A stretch of 64,000 bases of DNA from Candidatus Hadarchaeales archaeon (GTDB lineage: Archaea > Hadarchaeota > Hadarchaeia > Hadarchaeales > WYZ-LMO6): NCBI GenBank assembly GCA_038736355.1, contig JAVYML010000003.1, positions 22,093-86,092 on the forward strand. Direction: 5' to 3'. Under the pieces are notes generated by a model. It made no database searches, was not told the origin of the DNA, and worked only from the letters and a program-made list of their open reading frames with translations. This document shows positions 59,587-64,000 of this stretch, in pieces; the first letter of the stretch is position 1; every line of letters starts with the position of its first letter. The position numbers and the translations under genes are program-made.

Positions 59587-60798
59587 TTAGCAGATCCCCA
59601 TTTTACCTTCGGCCAGGGTTTGGCAGAAATCGGAGATATGGTCCAGTGCCCATTCCATTCTCTCCAGAACTTCCTTCCTCACCTCTTCCATCTTCGTCCC
59701 TTTTTCCAAGAGTACCCTGGCCAGCGCTACCGAGGGTTGGTCTATGGGTCTCCCTATTTGACTCACCAACCAAACGTATACTTCGGCTATTCCAGGCACC
59801 TCTTCATGGATTTTTTTGGCTATGACGTGGGTGAGCAGGTTGTAAATCTTTCCCACGTGACTGACCGGATTTTTCCCGGCAGCGGCCTCGGAACCCATCG
59901 GTCTGGTGAGGGGTATTACCCCATTGGACCTGTTTCCCCTACCCACCTGTCCCGAGTCCGCTCCATCCGCGCTAGTTCCCAAAACCGTGAGGTAGACTCC
60001 ACTCTCCCCTCTTCCCCTGACATCGAGGGTGTTTAGATCGACCTTCACCCCCTTGAAGTCAAACCTCTCCTTAACGAAGCGTTCTAGTTCTTCCAGGATT
60101 TCGGCCTTTTTCCTGAAGTAGTCTTCTTCGTCCCTTACGAACCTGTCTACGAAGGCCATTCCTATCGTGAGATGAACATCTTCCCCCCTCCTCACCCCCA
60201 TCACCTTTATGTCCTCTCCGGATTCGGGATAAGTTTTCTTGAAGGAAGGGGAATTTGCGTATTTCTCCAGTTCCAGCACCAACCTTTCGAGCCTAGAGAG
60301 GGGAGCATACCCTACAGCCGCAGAGGTATCGTTGGCGCCCATCACTTTCGTCTTTCTCTTGAAAAGATCCGTGAGGGAAGCGGAACCTGACCTGATCTCT
60401 ACCTGGTATTTTACATGCCTTTCCGGAGAAACGAAGCGGAGGTTTTGGGAGAACCATTCTTTGGCCGTTCTTACCGCTATTTCGGCGACTGGGATCTCCA
60501 CCTCGTCCACCTTGGAGGTGGCCCTGTCCCCGAAGACCAACAGCATGGGCTTTTTGATCTCCCCCCCTCCAAACCTCGTCTGAACTTCTCCTGCTACTAA
60601 GAGGGATTTGTCCACATTGAAGTGTAGGGTTTCCCCTACCCTTTTCCTATACTCCCTGTCCAGCTCTACCGCTACCCTATCGAAGATGAGGTCGCAAATG
60701 GTGTCGGGATGCCCCAAGCCCTTCCTCTCAACGATTTCCAGCCCCTGTTTCTCCACGGGAGTTTGGTTGAGTTCCTCCACGATGAGTTCCCGCGCCAA
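59587..60798 (-). CDS. mat: S-adenosylmethionine synthetase, archaeal type
   Basis: [38 protein letters not shown]; start placed at TTG 60798. Confidence 0.95.
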   Translation of the reverse strand: MARELIVEELNQTPVEKQGLEIVERKGLGHPDTICDLIFDRVAVELDREYRKRVGETLHFNVDKSLLVAGEVQTRFGGGEIKKPMLLVFGDRATSKVDEVEIPVAEIAVRTAKEWFSQNLRFVSPERHVKYQVEIRSGSASLTDLFKRKTKVMGANDTSAAVGYAPLSRLERLVLELEKYANSPSFKKTYPESGEDIKVMGVRRGEDVHLTIGMAFVDRFVRDEEDYFRKKAEILEELERFVKERFDFKGVKVDLNTLDVRGRGESGVYLTVLGTSADGADSGQVGRGNRSNGVIPLTRPMGSEAAAGKNPVSHVGKIYNLLTHVIAKKIHEEVPGIAEVYVWLVSQIGRPIDQPSVALARVLLEKGTKMEEVRKEVLERMEWALDHISDFCQTLAEGKMGIC

Positions 60799-60885
60799 GT
60801 ACACCGCTGAAGAGGTATCTTTTACATCCTTAAAGCTTTCCCTTCCCCCGATTAGAATTAATTTTAAGCTTACCTTGATGTTAAG

Positions 60886-61614
60886 ATGATAGCGGATCAG
60901 GAAAGGGAAAGAATAGCCAAACAAATAGCGGGGGACATCACCCTTTCGGATAGGCCAGACGAGGCCCTTAAGAGATGGAGGGAGGTTTTTAACCTTAGCC
61001 AGAAGGCATTGGCGGAGGCATTGGGGGTTTCTTCCTCTCAGATAAGTGATTACGAGAGCGGTAGAAGGAAATCTCCAGGGATTTCAACGGTTAAAAAGAT
61101 CGTGGAGGCCCTTTTGAGGTTGGATGAGGAAAGGGGAGGGAAGACGCTTTCAGCCCTGCGCAGGGTCCTCAGCGTCCATTTCCCCTCGGACGTCATCCTT
61201 GGCCTTAAGGAATTCAGGAAACCCGTTGATGGAAGGACCCTGAGCAGAACGGTGAGGGGAAGGACGGTGGCAAATCCGCAACTCCTCTCCAGAAGTCTTT
61301 TCGGCTTCACTGTTATCGATAGCTACAAAGCAGCCCTGAAGCTCTCGGCAGAAGAGTTCAAACAACTGTATGGGCTGACTTCGGAAAGAGCTCTGATCTT
61401 CACGGGTGTGACGACGGGCAGGACTCCCATGGTGGCCATAAAGGTGATAGGCATCACGCCTGGCATGGTGGTCCTGCATGGAAGCCTAAGGAGAGTGGAT
61501 CCTCTAGGGGTGAAGCTCGCGCAGGAGCTGAGGGTTCCCCTCGTTCTCTCCGGACTCCCTTCGGTGGAGGAACTCCTCCTCAGGTTGAACAAGTTGGGGG
61601 AAGACCTCAGATAA
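60886..61614 (+). CDS. XRE-family HTH transcriptional regulator (conserved archaeal type)
   Basis: [38 protein letters not shown]. Confidence 0.85.
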   Translation: MIADQERERIAKQIAGDITLSDRPDEALKRWREVFNLSQKALAEALGVSSSQISDYESGRRKSPGISTVKKIVEALLRLDEERGGKTLSALRRVLSVHFPSDVILGLKEFRKPVDGRTLSRTVRGRTVANPQLLSRSLFGFTVIDSYKAALKLSAEEFKQLYGLTSERALIFTGVTTGRTPMVAIKVIGITPGMVVLHGSLRRVDPLGVKLAQELRVPLVLSGLPSVEELLLRLNKLGEDLR

Positions 61615-61651
61615 GTTTAATTGGAAACAAGGATTGGGGGAGTTGAGGTCG

Positions 61652-62698
61652 ATGGGAGTAGGGATAGTGGGATACGGGGTCTACATTCCGAGGTATAGGA
61701 TCAAAGTAGAGGAGATAGCCAGGATGTGGGGAGCAGACCCCAAGCAAATGAAGAGGGGTTTGGGAGTGGAGGAGAAGGCGGTGGCTGGACCGGATGAGGA
61801 TACGGTGACCATTTCCGTGGAGGCGGCTAAGAACGCCCTGAAGAGGGGAGGGATAAGTCCTTCCTCCGTGGGGGCAATCTATGTGGGTTCGGAGTCCCAC
61901 CCATATGCCGTGAAACCTACGGCCACCATCGTCGCCGAGGCGATAGGTGCCACTCCGGAAATGACGGCCGCAGACTTCGAGTTTGCTTGCAAGGCCGGAA
62001 CGGCAGGAATACAGACCTGCATGGGCATGGTGGAGGCCGGGATGATAAAATATGGGATGGCCATAGGGGCCGACACCGCCCAGAGCAGCCCAGGTGACCC
62101 ATTGGAATATGCAGCCGCAGCCGGAGGGGCGGCCTTCCTCGTGGGAAAGCTAGATGGGGAGGCTATAGCATCCATCGAGGCCACCTATTCCTATACCACG
62201 GATACCCCCGACTTCTGGAGGAGGGAGATGAGACCTTATCCCAAGCATGGGGGGAGATTCACTGGAAGACCGGGCTATTTCAAGCATACCCTCTCTGCCG
62301 CCCAAGGTTTGCTGAGAAAGCTTGGTCTTACTCCTAGGGATTTCGATCACGCAGTTTTCCATCAGCCCAATGGTAGGTTCCCGGTAGAGGTGGCAAGGGA
62401 GCTTGGGTTTTCCATGAACCAGATAAAAACGGGTCTTCTCTCCCCCAAAATAGGAAACACCTACTCTGGATCCACCATGCTGGGACTGGCGGCCATCTTG
62501 GATGAAGCGAAGGAGGGTGAGAGAATCCTTGCGGTTTCCTATGGTTCGGGGGCGGGTAGCGATGCCTTCAGCCTAATAGTGGAGGAGGGAATAGAGGAGA
62601 AGAGGAACCTGGCCCCTAAGGTCTCAGATTATCTCCAGGAGAAAGTCTACATAGACTATGCCACTTACTGCAAGTTCACGAGGAAATTGGTGAGATGA
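61652..62698 (+). CDS. Hydroxymethylglutaryl-CoA synthase
   Basis: [30 protein letters not shown]. Confidence 0.95.
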   Translation: MGVGIVGYGVYIPRYRIKVEEIARMWGADPKQMKRGLGVEEKAVAGPDEDTVTISVEAAKNALKRGGISPSSVGAIYVGSESHPYAVKPTATIVAEAIGATPEMTAADFEFACKAGTAGIQTCMGMVEAGMIKYGMAIGADTAQSSPGDPLEYAAAAGGAAFLVGKLDGEAIASIEATYSYTTDTPDFWRREMRPYPKHGGRFTGRPGYFKHTLSAAQGLLRKLGLTPRDFDHAVFHQPNGRFPVEVARELGFSMNQIKTGLLSPKIGNTYSGSTMLGLAAILDEAKEGERILAVSYGSGAGSDAFSLIVEEGIEEKRNLAPKVSDYLQEKVYIDYATYCKFTRKLVR

Positions 62699-63859
62699 AT
62701 GAGAAGGGTTGCCATTGTGGGTGTGGGGCAAACGAGATTCGGAGAGCTATGGGATACTTCCTTCAGACAGATGATCATAGAGGCAGGTACCAGGGCACTG
62801 GAGGATGCGGGAATCTCAGGTGAGGAGATCGATGCCATATATGTGGGGAACATGTCGGCTGGACAGTTCATACAGCAGGAACATATCGCTTCCCTAATAG
62901 CAGATTATTCCGGATTGGCACCCGTTCCATGTACGAGGGTGGAAGCGGCTTGCGCTTCGGGGGGCTTGGCTCTCAGGGAGGCCATGATAGCGGTGGCCTC
63001 GGGAATCCACGATGTAGTGGTAGCCGCCGGAATAGAGAAGATGACGGATGTGATAACGGAAGCAGGACAGGAGGCCCTGGCGACGGTTTCCGATCAGGAG
63101 TGGGAAGCCTTCATGGGTGCCACTTTTCCCTCCCTTTTTGCCCTGATGGCGAGAAGACACATGTACGAATTCGGGACCACGGAAGAGCAGATGGCCTTGG
63201 TTGCGGTCAAGAACCATCACAACGCCTGTCTCAATGCCTATGCCCAACATCACGTAGAGCTTACGGTTGAAAGGGTTTTACAATCCCCCGTCGTCTCCTC
63301 TCCCCTCAAAATGTTGGAGTGTGCTTCCATTACCGACGGGGCCGCCTGCTTGGTACTCGTTCCCCTGGAAGAAGCCAGGAAATACACGGATACCCCCGTG
63401 GAGATAGCGGGAAGTGGACAGGCAAGTGATACCATTGCCTTGGCAGACAGGGAATCCCTCGTGAGCCTGAAGGCGACTAGGGAAGCTGCCAAGAGAGCTT
63501 ACAGGATGGCGAGGATTGAACCCAAACAGGTGGATTTGGCCGAAGTCCATGACAGCACCACCATCTCCGAAATCATTGCGGTGGAGGATTTGGGCTTCTG
63601 TGAGAAGGGTGAGGGTGGAAAGATCACCGAGGAGGGAATAACGGCCATAGATGGTTCCTTGCCCATTAATCCCGGAGGTGGTTTGGAAGGAAGGGGTCAT
63701 CCAATAGGGGCCACGGGAATTGCCCAGGCGGTGGAGATAGTCCTCCAGCTGAGGGGCGAGGCAGGAAAGAGACAAGTCAAAAAGGCAGAGGTAGGTTTAA
63801 CGCATAACGTGGGTGGGAGCGGGGGAACAGCGGTGGTACATATCTTCAGGAGGAGATGA
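62699..63859 (+). CDS. Acetoacetyl-CoA thiolase
   Basis: [27 protein letters not shown]. Confidence 0.94.
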   Translation: MRRVAIVGVGQTRFGELWDTSFRQMIIEAGTRALEDAGISGEEIDAIYVGNMSAGQFIQQEHIASLIADYSGLAPVPCTRVEAACASGGLALREAMIAVASGIHDVVVAAGIEKMTDVITEAGQEALATVSDQEWEAFMGATFPSLFALMARRHMYEFGTTEEQMALVAVKNHHNACLNAYAQHHVELTVERVLQSPVVSSPLKMLECASITDGAACLVLVPLEEARKYTDTPVEIAGSGQASDTIALADRESLVSLKATREAAKRAYRMARIEPKQVDLAEVHDSTTISEIIAVEDLGFCEKGEGGKITEEGITAIDGSLPINPGGGLEGRGHPIGATGIAQAVEIVLQLRGEAGKRQVKKAEVGLTHNVGGSGGTAVVHIFRRR

Positions 63860-63860
63860 G

Positions 63861-64000
63861 ATGCACGTTCCAAGATTCTGGAGGGAGATACCCAACAGGT
63901 ACACGTTGATAGGGACCAAGTGCGGCCATTGTGAAAAGATCTTCTTCCCACCTAGGGCCATCTGTCCGAACTGTAGGAGGGTGGGACATCTGGAGCCTTT
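63861..64000 (+). CDS. DUF35 zinc-ribbon/OB-fold scaffold protein (partial)
   Basis: MHVPRFWREIPNRYTLIGTKCGHCEKIFFPPRAICPNC, directly after the thiolase. Confidence 0.9.
   Translation, partial: MHVPRFWREIPNRYTLIGTKCGHCEKIFFPPRAICPNCRRVGHLEP

Noticed and set aside
61652..64000. HMG-CoA synthase-thiolase-DUF35 cluster as a novel system
   Set aside because: This is the established archaeal mevalonate-pathway channelling complex.

Overview
Archaeal chromosomal window, probably from a thermophile (very GC-rich rRNA stems, archaeal-type ThrRS, MAT, TgtA, Trm56, aRF1). A Hadarchaeota-like origin is my impression only and was not verified. It opens with a minus-strand 16S-tRNA-Ala-23S operon whose 23S gene carries two group I introns: a complete 852-nt intron after U1923 (E. 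coli numbering) encoding a two-motif LAGLIDADG endonuclease, and the first 45 nt of a second intron after U2500, cut by the window edge. An accessory cluster at 5.4-13.9 kb follows: GT2, a degraded radical SAM gene, a UbiA-like protein, GT4, a membrane protein, a Cx5Cx2C radical SAM and a 979-aa secreted protein with three tandem phage tail-collar/HxH-needle-like repeats. It ends flush against a tRNA-His gene with a T-loop BHB intron. The rest is mostly housekeeping (Acs, RNase P RNA, eS26-like, L40e, 2-oxoacid:ferredoxin oxidoreductase with a GltD-like insertion in delta, ThrRS, SRP54-L21e-RpoF, proteasome beta, PEPCK, CCA enzyme, Tad-like ATPase locus, ValRS, PyrH, aRF1, TgtA, MAT, HMG-CoA synthase-thiolase-DUF35), plus a deleted TnpB/IS605 remnant. 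All calls are motif recognition by eye; no database searches were run, and some start codons are best guesses.
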